Source of the DNA: Candidatus Latescibacterota bacterium
GTDB lineage: Bacteria; Latescibacterota; UBA2968; UBA8231
DNA: 64,000 nucleotides
Direction of reading: 5' to 3'
Assembly (NCBI GenBank): GCA_965200315.1
Contig: OZ241362.1
Span: 2,464,001-2,528,000 of the forward strand
Every line of letters starts with the position of its first letter. Position 1 is the first letter of the stretch. Both the position numbers and the translations under genes were made by a program. Under the pieces are notes generated by a model that did no database searches, had not been told where the DNA came from, and worked only from the letters and a program-made list of their open reading frames with translations. This document shows, piece by piece, positions 9,810 through 18,789 of this stretch.

Positions 9810-10540
9810 AAGTTTTGCTTCTAGGCGGCAATGGCATGCTCGGTCCACACGTGGTCACACAACTTCAAGATGCCTACTCGCTGCGCATCACCGACATCAT
9901 GCCCATCGACAGCCCGCACGAGACCATGCAAGTGGACGTCTCCGACCTCGACCAAGTGCGCCGCGCCACTGAGGGCACCGATGTAACCATCAACTGCTCA
10001 GTGCTGCGCCCCGACCGCAAGATCGCCTTTGCAGTCAATACCACCGGCACGTACAACGGCATCCTCGCCGCCGTCGACAACGGCCACACCCGCTTCGTCA
10101 ACACCGGGCCCCACTTCACCCAAGCCGGCCCCTCGTACGAGCACTACGACTTCGACATCAACGAGGAAGTCCCCCTGCACTCTGGCGTCGGCCTCTACGC
10201 CCACACCAAGTCGCTCGGCCAAGAGATTTGCCGCGTATTCGCCGCCAACTACCCCATCCACGTACTCACCACCCTCTTTCTGAGCTTTCGCGCGGCCGAG
10301 CCGTCAGCCGAGCAACTCGGCCGCGGCACCAATCCCTTTTCCGTCACCTTTCCCGACGCCGCCCGTGCCCTGCAAAAGTGCCTAGAAGTGGACTTGGCGT
10401 CCTTGCCTTCGCGCTGCGAGATCTTCCACATCGCCACGGACACGCCCCACGGGCGCTATAGCAACGCCAAAGCTCGGCGGCTGTTGGGCTGGGTGCCGCA
10501 AGACCTGCTTGAAGGCTACTGGCGCAAGCCGAAGGGCTAG
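9806..10540 (+). CDS. NAD-dependent epimerase/dehydrogenase family
   Basis: LLGGNGMLG and a YxxxK motif (YAHTK). Confidence 0.85.
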   Translation: MKVLLLGGNGMLGPHVVTQLQDAYSLRITDIMPIDSPHETMQVDVSDLDQVRRATEGTDVTINCSVLRPDRKIAFAVNTTGTYNGILAAVDNGHTRFVNTGPHFTQAGPSYEHYDFDINEEVPLHSGVGLYAHTKSLGQEICRVFAANYPIHVLTTLFLSFRAAEPSAEQLGRGTNPFSVTFPDAARALQKCLEVDLASLPSRCEIFHIATDTPHGRYSNAKARRLLGWVPQDLLEGYWRKPKG

Positions 10541-10542
10541 CC

Positions 10543-11568
10543 ATGCCCACGGCCTATGCACAGGTATTCGATGGTCCGACCCATCCGCTCCGCTGCGCAA
10601 GCCTGCCACTGCCCGACGCCCTCGCGCCCGGTGAAGTGCTCGTCGAGGTCGCGCTCGCCACGATCTGCGGCTCCGACCTCCATACGCTGTCCGGCCTGCG
10701 CTCTGAATCCACGCCCCTGATCCTCGGCCACGAGGCTGTCGGCCGCATCGTCGCCTCGCAGCGCCCCACCTTTGCGCTGGGCGACCGCGTAAGCTGGACC
10801 ATCACCGACAGTTGCGGCACTTGTCTGGCGTGTACGGAACATCGCTTGCCGGAAAAATGCGACGCACTCTTTAAATACGGCCACGCCACGACCACCGACG
10901 GTAGCGGACTCAACGGCTGTTACGCCACGCATCTACTCATTAGACCCGGCACCCACATCGCCAAAGTAGCAGACCGCTTGCCCGACTCGGTAGTCGCCCC
11001 GGCCAACTGCGCCTTGGCCACCGCGGTCAACGCCATCGCAGTGCTGCCCAGCCCTTGCCACAGGGTTCTGGTCCAAGGAGCCGGTCTGCTCGGCCTCAAT
11101 ACTTGCGCCCTACTCGCCGAGCGCGGCATCGAGCAAATCTACTGTACCGATACCGACGCAGACCGCCTAGCACTCTCCACCCAATTCGGCGCTATACCCG
11201 CGACCGATCCGCCACCAGAAGGACTAGACGCCGTTTTTGAAGTCGCCGGCAACTCGGACTTGATCCCCGCAGGAATCGCGGCCCTACGCCCGGGTGGCCG
11301 CTACGTATTCGTCGGCATGGTCCACCCCGATACCCAGCTAGAGCTGACCGGCGAGCAGGTCATCCGCAAGTGCCTGACGATCCGCGGCGTCCACAACTAC
11401 AGCCCGCGCCATCTCGACGAGGCACTCGCCTTTCTCGCCCGCACCGCCGATCGCTACCCGTACTCGTCGCTGGTCAGCGGCCCCTTTGCCCTCGCCGAGC
11501 TAGAGCAAGCCATCGCCTTGGCCGAAACCCGCCAGCACATCCGCGTCGCCATTGACCCCAACGCATGA
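10543..11568 (+). CDS. Zinc-binding alcohol dehydrogenase, phosphonate-catabolism-associated (HpnZ-like)
   Basis: ICGSD, GHE, CGTCLAC..C, PANCALAT and GVHNY; overlaps phnA. Confidence 0.8.
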   Translation: MPTAYAQVFDGPTHPLRCASLPLPDALAPGEVLVEVALATICGSDLHTLSGLRSESTPLILGHEAVGRIVASQRPTFALGDRVSWTITDSCGTCLACTEHRLPEKCDALFKYGHATTTDGSGLNGCYATHLLIRPGTHIAKVADRLPDSVVAPANCALATAVNAIAVLPSPCHRVLVQGAGLLGLNTCALLAERGIEQIYCTDTDADRLALSTQFGAIPATDPPPEGLDAVFEVAGNSDLIPAGIAALRPGGRYVFVGMVHPDTQLELTGEQVIRKCLTIRGVHNYSPRHLDEALAFLARTADRYPYSSLVSGPFALAELEQAIALAETRQHIRVAIDPNA

Positions 11569-12782
11569 TTCAAGTCAATGACCGCAGCTATCGCCCGCGC
11601 GAGAAAGCCATCGTCGGCATCTGCCTCGACGGCTGTGCCCAAGCCTACCTCGACGAAGCTGCCGCCCAGATGCCCAATCTCCGTTCGATCCTAGCACGCG
11701 GCGTCCACGGCCAAGTTAACACCGTCATCCCCTCTTTCACCAATCCCAACAATGTCGCCATCATCACCGGTGCGCCGCCGGCCATAAACGGCATCCCCGG
11801 CAATTTCTACTACGCCCTAGACGCCGCGGAGGAAGTAATGATGAACGACCCCCGCTTCCTGCGCGCCCCAACTATTCTCGCCGCCTTCCATCAAGCCGGC
11901 CAACGAGTCGCTGCCATCACCACCAAAGACAAGTTGCGCCTGCTCTTGGCCCACGGCTGGCAAGGCATCAATTTCTCCGTGGAAAAGGCGCACGAAGCCA
12001 CACCAGCCACCCACGGCATCGGCGACGTCCTCGACCTAGTTGGCCGGAAAAACCCCGGCATTTACGATCCCGAAGCCAGCGTGTACTGCATCGAGGCCGG
12101 TGCCCGTCTGCTCGAGTGCCACAACCTCGACCTGCTCTACCTTTCGACGACCGATTTCGTCCAGCACAAGTGGGCACCCGGCGAGCCGGAAGCCAACGCC
12201 TTCTACGCCCGCCTCGACCGCTTTATCGGTACACTCGACGCCCAAGACATTATCTTGGGCATTACCGCCGATCACGGCATGAACGCCAAAACCAACGCCG
12301 ACGGCTCGCCCAAGGTGCAGTTTATCGAGACCCAACTCGTCGCCGCCGGCATCGCCGAAGCCCGAGTCATCCTGCCCATCACCGACCCCTATGTGGTCCA
12401 TCACGGCGCACTGGGCTCCTACGCCACCATCTATATCGACGACGCGCACACCGCCCGAGCCACTGCAATCCTCCGCGCCATCCCCGGCGTCGAACAGGTG
12501 CTCAGCCGCGAGCAAGCGGCCGCCACCTACCAACTCCCCCCCGACCGCATCGGCGAACTGGTCGTACTCGCCGACCAAGATACCGTCCTCGGCCGCACCC
12601 CGGACTGGCACGAACTCGCCGACGTCGCCGAGGGCCTGCGCTCGCACGGCGGCCGGCACGAAGGCGTGGTGCCCATGATCTGCAATAGGCCGCTAACAGA
12701 CCAATACGCCGAGTTGTTGGTCTCGGGGCAAGCGCGCAACTGGGATCTTTTTGACTTTCTCTGCAATGGAACCATAACCTGA
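11565..12782 (+). CDS. phnA: Phosphonoacetate hydrolase
   Basis: ICLDG, PSFTNPNN, YLSTTDFVQHK, TADHGM, PITDPYVVHHGALGS and LRSHGG. Confidence 0.93.
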   Translation: MIQVNDRSYRPREKAIVGICLDGCAQAYLDEAAAQMPNLRSILARGVHGQVNTVIPSFTNPNNVAIITGAPPAINGIPGNFYYALDAAEEVMMNDPRFLRAPTILAAFHQAGQRVAAITTKDKLRLLLAHGWQGINFSVEKAHEATPATHGIGDVLDLVGRKNPGIYDPEASVYCIEAGARLLECHNLDLLYLSTTDFVQHKWAPGEPEANAFYARLDRFIGTLDAQDIILGITADHGMNAKTNADGSPKVQFIETQLVAAGIAEARVILPITDPYVVHHGALGSYATIYIDDAHTARATAILRAIPGVEQVLSREQAAATYQLPPDRIGELVVLADQDTVLGRTPDWHELADVAEGLRSHGGRHEGVVPMICNRPLTDQYAELLVSGQARNWDLFDFLCNGTIT

Positions 12783-12825
12783 TGTATCCCCTGCACACCC
12801 TTCACAACCACCGCCAGCACCTGCC

Positions 12826-13959
12826 ATGCCCGACCTCAAAGCGGATATTGCCGTAGTCGGCGCTGGCATCGTCGGGTTGGCCCACGCCCTTGCCGCGGCC
12901 AAGCGCGGCCACCGCGTCGTCCTCTTTGAGCGCACTCCCCAAGCGCAAGGGGCATCTATCCGCAACTTTGGCATGATCTGGCCCATCGGCCAAGCCCCCG
13001 GCACCATTCACCAACGCGCCCTCCGCACGCGCCAAATATGGCTCGACCTCGCCCCCAAAGCGGGCATCTGGTGCGCCCAGACCGGCTCCTTGCACTTGGC
13101 GTATGCCGACGACGAGTGCGCCGTTCTGGCAGAATTCGCCGACCGCGCTCTGGCCCTCGGCTACTCGGTTGAGTTGCTCGACCGAGACGCTGTACTCGCC
13201 CGCAGCCACGCCGTGCAGCCCGCTGGGCTCACAGGCGGCCTCTGGAGTGCGACCGAACTCTGCGTCGATCCCCGCGAAGCCATCGCCGCGCTGCCAGATT
13301 ATCTAGCGCACGAGTACGGCGTGGCCCTCCGCTTTTCCACCCCGGTCCACCACATCGACCTGCCCCTGATCCACACGCCAACGGAAACTTGGTCCGTTGA
13401 CCGCGCCATCGTCTGCAGCGGTGCCGATTTTGAATCGCTCTACCCCCAACTATTTGCCAGCAGCGGACTCACTCGCTGCAAATTGCAGATGATGCGCACC
13501 GCGCCCCAGCCCGGCAACTGGCGTCTCGGGCCGATGCTCGCCGCCGGGCTTACGCTGCGCCATTACCCGGCCTTCAAGTGCTGCCAAGCACTGGCCGCCT
13601 ACACCCAGCGCATCGCCGCCGAGCATCCCGAATTCGACCGCTGGGGCATCCACGTCATGGCCTCGCAAAACGGCCTCGGCGAGATCACCATCGGCGATTC
13701 TCACGAGTACGACTGGGTCGTCAACCCGTTTGACAACCCCGCAATCGACCAGCTAATCTTCGACTATCTCCAGACCTTCCTCGCCGCTCCAACCCTGCAC
13801 ATCGCCCAGCGCTGGCACGGTATCTACGCCAAACACCCCGAGCAAGCCACTTTCATCGCCGAGCCGGCGCACGGCGTAACCATCGTCAACGGCCTCGGCG
13901 GCAACGGCATGACCACTGCTTTCGGGCTGGCCGAGGAGGTTTTCGCCGAGTGGGAGTAA
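12826..13959 (+). CDS. FAD-dependent oxidoreductase, phosphonate-associated (TIGR03364/HpnW-like)
   Basis: VGAGIVGLAHA, GASIRNFG, CKLQM, IGDSHEY and GGNGMT. Confidence 0.85.
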   Translation: MPDLKADIAVVGAGIVGLAHALAAAKRGHRVVLFERTPQAQGASIRNFGMIWPIGQAPGTIHQRALRTRQIWLDLAPKAGIWCAQTGSLHLAYADDECAVLAEFADRALALGYSVELLDRDAVLARSHAVQPAGLTGGLWSATELCVDPREAIAALPDYLAHEYGVALRFSTPVHHIDLPLIHTPTETWSVDRAIVCSGADFESLYPQLFASSGLTRCKLQMMRTAPQPGNWRLGPMLAAGLTLRHYPAFKCCQALAAYTQRIAAEHPEFDRWGIHVMASQNGLGEITIGDSHEYDWVVNPFDNPAIDQLIFDYLQTFLAAPTLHIAQRWHGIYAKHPEQATFIAEPAHGVTIVNGLGGNGMTTAFGLAEEVFAEWE

Positions 13960-13963
13960 GCCA

Positions 13964-14755
13964 ATGAGCCTCAAAGAGCGCGTCTATCACTTTATCGAGC
14001 CAGACTATGAGCCGGGGCGCATCGTCGATGTGGCTATCATCGTCCTGATCCTGCTCAACATCGTCGCCCTGATCCTCGAAACCGTTGAGCCTATCTACAA
14101 CCTCAATCGCGCCGCCTTCGAATTTTTTGAGGATTTCTCGCTGACCGTGTTCGCGACTGAATACCTAGTACGCCTGTGGGCCATTACCGCTAACCCGCGA
14201 TTTTCGCGGCCCGTGGCTGGGCGCATCCGCTTTGCCTTAACACCCCTCGCCATCATCGACCTGCTAGCCGTTCTCCCTTCCCTACTACCACCCCCGACCA
14301 TGGACGCACGCTTTATCCGCGTGATACGCGTTCTGCGGATCTTCCGCGTCCTCAAGCTGGTGCGCTACTTCCGCGCCTTGCGCTTGCTCGGCCACGTCAT
14401 TGCCGACCGCAAAGAAGAGTTGGTCAGTATTTTCTTAGTGCTCCTGATCCTGTTGGCTCTCTCCTCGTCGCTGATGTACCTCGCCGAGCACGAGGATCAG
14501 CCCGAGGTCTTTACCAGCATCCCGGCTACCATGTGGTGGAGCATCGTCACCTTGACCACCGTCGGCTACGGCGACACCTATCCGATCACCCCCCTCGGCC
14601 AGACCATCGCCGCCATTATCGCCATCTTGGGGATCGGCATGTTCGCGCTGCCGGCCGGCATTTTAGGCGCGGGATTCGTCGAGGCCTTAGCGGCTCACCG
14701 GTCAGAAGACCCGGAGCGCCGCTGCCCGCACTGCGGCGAGCTAATCGACCCATAA
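13964..14755 (+). CDS. Voltage-gated potassium channel family ion transporter
   Basis: S4-like RxxRxxRxxR repeat, TVGYGD filter and C-terminal CPHCG. Confidence 0.9.
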   Translation: MSLKERVYHFIEPDYEPGRIVDVAIIVLILLNIVALILETVEPIYNLNRAAFEFFEDFSLTVFATEYLVRLWAITANPRFSRPVAGRIRFALTPLAIIDLLAVLPSLLPPPTMDARFIRVIRVLRIFRVLKLVRYFRALRLLGHVIADRKEELVSIFLVLLILLALSSSLMYLAEHEDQPEVFTSIPATMWWSIVTLTTVGYGDTYPITPLGQTIAAIIAILGIGMFALPAGILGAGFVEALAAHRSEDPERRCPHCGELIDP

Positions 14756-14787
14756 AAAAGCGGCCGGGGCAAAAGCCCCGGCCGCTT
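14754..14787 (-). terminator. Intrinsic terminator between convergent genes
   Basis: AAGCGGCCGGGGC-AAAA-GCCCCGGCCGCTT stem, with an A-run on the left (U-tract on the minus strand). Confidence 0.85.
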
Positions 14788-14810
14788 CCCTTCCCTCATT
14801 TTTTGCGCCA

Positions 14811-15836
14811 TCAAGCAAGCGGCAGTTCCACCCGCCGCCCTTCCGCCATGCTGATCTGCACGGCCTCGGTAAACTCCATGTACTTAACCCCGTCGGCGAA
14901 GCTGGTGTGGGTCACGGGCCGACCGTCGCGGATGGCATCGACAAAATCCTCTTCCACCTGCCAGCCGTCGCGCGGATGCTCGGGGATGTCGAAGGACTGG
15001 TACTCGTCGTCGCCCTCGCCAGCTATCCATACCCCGCTCTCGTCCATCTTAAACGAGCCTTTGGTTCCGTAAAAGGCAAAGCCAAAGGAAGGGCCTAAGC
15101 GCACGACGCTGCTTAAGTGATAGACAGCCGTCGAGCCGCTTTCCATCTCGGCGACAATGCCCAAGCTCTCCGGCACATCGGCCGGTGCTTTCTTTCCCGT
15201 CTCTTCGTCGATCCGCTCGGTCGTAAACGTCTTGCCGTAAGCCAGCACGGCCTTTTCGTGCCCGGCATAGCGCCGCACGGTCTCGTTGCCAATGCCCATC
15301 GCCATGATGTTGTTGCCCGAAAGATCGCGCCGCTGCCGCCAGTGCAGCGGCGCGTCCGGGTCGTAGCCGCCGGAGAGGCCGGTGAAGTGAATTTCCAACA
15401 AGTCGCCGAAAAAACCGCTGTGCAGCTTGTCGAGCAAGAGCGGCTCGGCCGACAAGTAGAAAGGTGCCGGCACGATCATTGTCACCTTGTCGGTCTGCTG
15501 AGAGGCCGCGTACATCTGCCGCGCCTCAGCCAGATTCATGCACATCCGCGCCTCGGTCAGCACGTGCTTGCCTGCTTCAAGCCCGGCCAGCGTCATCGGA
15601 CAGTGCATATAGGGCCACGTGCCGATGCAGATCGCATCGACATCGTCGCTGGCGATCAATGCTCGCCAGTCCTCAAAGACCTGTGGGATGCCGTACTCGT
15701 CGGCGATTTTTTGGCCCGATTCGCGCGAGCGATTGCAGACGGCGGTTATCTCGACCCCGTCAATGCCTTGGAAACCGGGAATATGCTGCAAGCGGGTATT
15801 GGCCCCCGCGCCTATTAGCCCTATGCGAAGCGTCAC
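14811..15836 (-). CDS. Gfo/Idh/MocA oxidoreductase
   Basis: IGLIGAG, DAICIGTWP and GKHVLTEAR. Confidence 0.9.
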   Translation of the reverse strand: MTLRIGLIGAGANTRLQHIPGFQGIDGVEITAVCNRSRESGQKIADEYGIPQVFEDWRALIASDDVDAICIGTWPYMHCPMTLAGLEAGKHVLTEARMCMNLAEARQMYAASQQTDKVTMIVPAPFYLSAEPLLLDKLHSGFFGDLLEIHFTGLSGGYDPDAPLHWRQRRDLSGNNIMAMGIGNETVRRYAGHEKAVLAYGKTFTTERIDEETGKKAPADVPESLGIVAEMESGSTAVYHLSSVVRLGPSFGFAFYGTKGSFKMDESGVWIAGEGDDEYQSFDIPEHPRDGWQVEEDFVDAIRDGRPVTHTSFADGVKYMEFTEAVQISMAEGRRVELPLA

Positions 15837-15878
15837 AGCCGTTTGCCTCCTGTTGGTGTCAGATAGCGGCGGAAAAAA

Positions 15879-16061
15879 TTAGAGTTTTATCACGGCGATG
15901 AGGATGCCGGTCAAGGCCCCCATCGTAGTAATAAGCCACGCAAAGCGAGAATCGATGCGCTTGTTGGTCTCGTTAATTTGCTTGTTGGTATCATCAATAC
16001 GGCTGTGTACCAAGCCGTCGGGTGCGGGAGAATGCGTGAGCTGAGCACTGGGGTCTGTCAC
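15879..16061 (-). CDS. Small coiled-coil protein with a C-terminal TM helix
   Basis: GAGGAG RBS and GTG start; heptad repeats RIDDTNKQINETNKRID, then a hydrophobic tail. Confidence 0.6.
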   Translation of the reverse strand: MTDPSAQLTHSPAPDGLVHSRIDDTNKQINETNKRIDSRFAWLITTMGALTGILIAVIKL

Positions 16062-16195
16062 AAAGTATCTCCTCGGTGAGACAATATAGCCGGAGGCCGC
16101 ACAGGAATCAAGCGAACCTCGGCCCGTGTACAGCGAGACAAAAACCCTGAGTGAAGCGTTCTCAAATGGCTAGTATCAATGGTCCGCCGCGCCTG

Positions 16196-17656
16196 TCAAC
16201 GCCACTCGTAAAGCGACTTCCTCGCTAGCTGGTAATCACCGGCGGGCCGGTTAATCGCCGTCGCTCCGCCCGAGGCCACTTCGATTAGACGGGAGCACAC
16301 CGGCTCGTACGCGGCTCTAGGTGCCACCGCGCCCTTGGCCACCAAGATGCGCTGGTGCTCAGGTTGAATCCCCGCACAGGTAATCTGGTGAATGCTGTTG
16401 GGACAGGCGCGCTCGCTGTTGAGTAAGAGCAGCCCTTTGCTCCCGGCCTGTTCGACTTGTACAACCGCAGTCGGCCCCTGATTGAAATAGCGACCCCCAC
16501 CGTGCCGGCGCTCGCGCTCTTCGTACGACCCGTCGTGCAGCGTCCGCACTCGGCCAGCGATTTCCAAGGTCGGCCCGTGCATGTCGTCGGTCTTGCCGCC
16601 TACGCGGAGTTGAACCTGTCCACCGACGCCGGCCACAAAGCACGCCTGCGCGCTTTCGATGTCCCAGATCGACACGACCCAGCCATCGGCCTCCTGCGCG
16701 AGCAATTGCTCCAGCACAAACGTCGAGTCCCCAGACGAGCCGCCGCCGATGTTGTCGCCCATGTCGAGCAAACACACGGGCGTCTCCTCGCTCGCCAGCG
16801 CCAACCGCACGGCCTCGGCCGGATCGGGCACCGCAGGCTTTAGCTGGTCGCGGCTGGCCCACATCTGCTCGCCCAACCGCTCGCCCTCGCGTTGCGCTGT
16901 TTCTTCGTCTCCGTCGGCAATCACCACAATCGCCGGCCCCATATAGGGCACATCCGCGTACTGGTAGCCCCCGGCAATACTACACCCGAGGATCCTCGCC
17001 TCGGACTCCAACGCGATCGCCGCCTGCATCAGCGGCTGCATGGGCACTACGCTCGTGTTGTGGAAGTAGATGTTGAATAGCACTTCTGGCTTAACCAGCG
17101 CCATCTTGGGCTGGACCTCGCCGCGAATCTGCCGCGTCAAAATGGACGCGGCCTGCAAGCCCCGTTCTCGCTGGTCGATGTGGGGGTTGGTCTTGTAGAT
17201 GATCAAGGAGTCGGCCGCGGCCACCAGCTCCGGGGGCACGTTGGCGTGGTAGTCGTGGGTCACGGCGATGGGCAAGTCGCCCACCAGCGCACGCACCCGG
17301 CGCACGGTCTCTCCGTCGGCTTGGGGGAATCCCTCGGCGACCATGGCCCCGTGCAGTGCCAAGAACACCCCGTCGAGCTTGGGGGCCGCCGCAAGTCCGC
17401 TGAGGATGCGCCCGACAAAGTGCTCGTATGTAGCAGCAGTCAGTGGGCCGCCCGGCATCGCCGAAGCGGCTAGCAGCGGATAGAGTTCATAGCCCAACTC
17501 CTCGGCCCCAGCGATGTAGCCGGCAATCTCGTGGAAGGTTCCCGCGTACTGGCCGATCAACGCCGCGCCTTCGCAAACCCCGAAATCCTCCAATTGCGTC
17601 GGCTGCGAATAGAACGAATTCGACTCGTGGGAAAAACCCGCTATTGCAATGCGCAT
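16196..17656 (-). CDS. M81 (MlrC-like) metallopeptidase
   Basis: HESNSF, LHGAMV, DYHAN, PHIDQ and DMGDNIGGG. Confidence 0.9.
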   Translation of the reverse strand: MRIAIAGFSHESNSFYSQPTQLEDFGVCEGAALIGQYAGTFHEIAGYIAGAEELGYELYPLLAASAMPGGPLTAATYEHFVGRILSGLAAAPKLDGVFLALHGAMVAEGFPQADGETVRRVRALVGDLPIAVTHDYHANVPPELVAAADSLIIYKTNPHIDQRERGLQAASILTRQIRGEVQPKMALVKPEVLFNIYFHNTSVVPMQPLMQAAIALESEARILGCSIAGGYQYADVPYMGPAIVVIADGDEETAQREGERLGEQMWASRDQLKPAVPDPAEAVRLALASEETPVCLLDMGDNIGGGSSGDSTFVLEQLLAQEADGWVVSIWDIESAQACFVAGVGGQVQLRVGGKTDDMHGPTLEIAGRVRTLHDGSYEERERRHGGGRYFNQGPTAVVQVEQAGSKGLLLLNSERACPNSIHQITCAGIQPEHQRILVAKGAVAPRAAYEPVCSRLIEVASGGATAINRPAGDYQLARKSLYEWR

Positions 17657-17727
17657 TCAGTACCACCTTTCTATTTATAGCTATTGCCTCGCTTGCCGTA
17701 GCATATAGTGCTATCTTTGCCAAACTT

Positions 17728-18789
17728 ATGAACCGTTGGCAAAAGATATTTACCTATAAAAAGACCAAGCGCCTGACGCAAATGGTCGCCTGTGGCGGCT
17801 GAGCCTCCAAGCTGCGCCCCGACCAGTTGCGGAGCGCCCTGGCAGGTCTGCCAGCAAACACTGATCCCAACCTGCTCGTCGGCTTCAACCTCGCCGACGA
17901 CGCCGGCGTCTATCGCCTCAACGAGCGCGAGGCCCTCGTGCAGACCGTCGATTTCTTCACCCCCATCGTCGACGATCCCTATACCTTTGGGTCCATTGCC
18001 GCGGCCAACGCGCTTAGCGACGTGTACGCCATGGGCGGCAAGCCTCTCACCGCGCTCAACATCGCGGGTTTTCCCGCCGGCGATCTCGATCCCCAAGTGT
18101 TCAACGAGATTCTGTGCGGCGGCCAAGCCAAAGCGGCCGAAGCCGGCTGTACTCTCGTCGGCGGGCACACCGTGCAAGACCCAGAGCTCAAGTACGGCCT
18201 CGCCGTCACCGGCCTCGTCCACCCCGATCGCATCTACACCAATGCCGGTGCTCAGCCCGGCGACCGCCTTATCCTCAGCAAGAAACTGGGCACCGGGCTG
18301 ATCGCCAACGCCTTCAAGGCCGACCACCTCGCCGAAGCCGACCTCGCCGAGGCCGTGGAATCCATGCTCGCGCTCAACAGGGAAGGCACCGAAATCCTGC
18401 CGGACTTCTCAGTCCACGCCTGCACCGACATCAGCGGCTTCGGCCTTTTGGGGCACGCCGCGGAAATGGCCGAGGGCAGCCAAGTGGGGATGATTTTTTA
18501 CGCGGCCCAAGTTCCGGCCCTAACGCACAGCTTAGCGCTGGCCGCCAAGGGTCTCCAAGGCGGCTCCCGCGACAACCAGCGCTTTCTCGCGCCGAAGGTC
18601 GCAATCGCCGAGGGCGTCGATCCGGCCCGCGCCAATCTCCTCTTCGACGCCCAGACCTCCGGCGGCCTGCTCATCGCCGTGGCCGCAGCCCAAGCAGAGG
18701 CCCTCCTCCGTGCCCTCCAACTAGACGCTGCCGCGCTCGTCGGCGAGGTAACCGAAGAAAATCCCGGCCGCATCTTCGTCGAGCCGTGA
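17728..18789 (+). CDS. selD: Selenide, water dikinase, selenocysteine-containing
   Basis: RLTQMVACGG-TGA(17800-17802)-ASKL is in frame with ORF 17827..18789, which has DDAGVY, QTVDFFTP, NALSDVYAMGG, GGHT, TDISGFGLLGH and DAQTSGGLL. The start codon is uncertain. Confidence 0.93.
17819..17833 (+). promoter_or_regulatory. candidate SECIS core of selD
   Basis: CCG-ACCAGTTG-CGGA at +17 after the UGA, extended by a flanking GCGC/GCGC pair. Confidence 0.55.
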
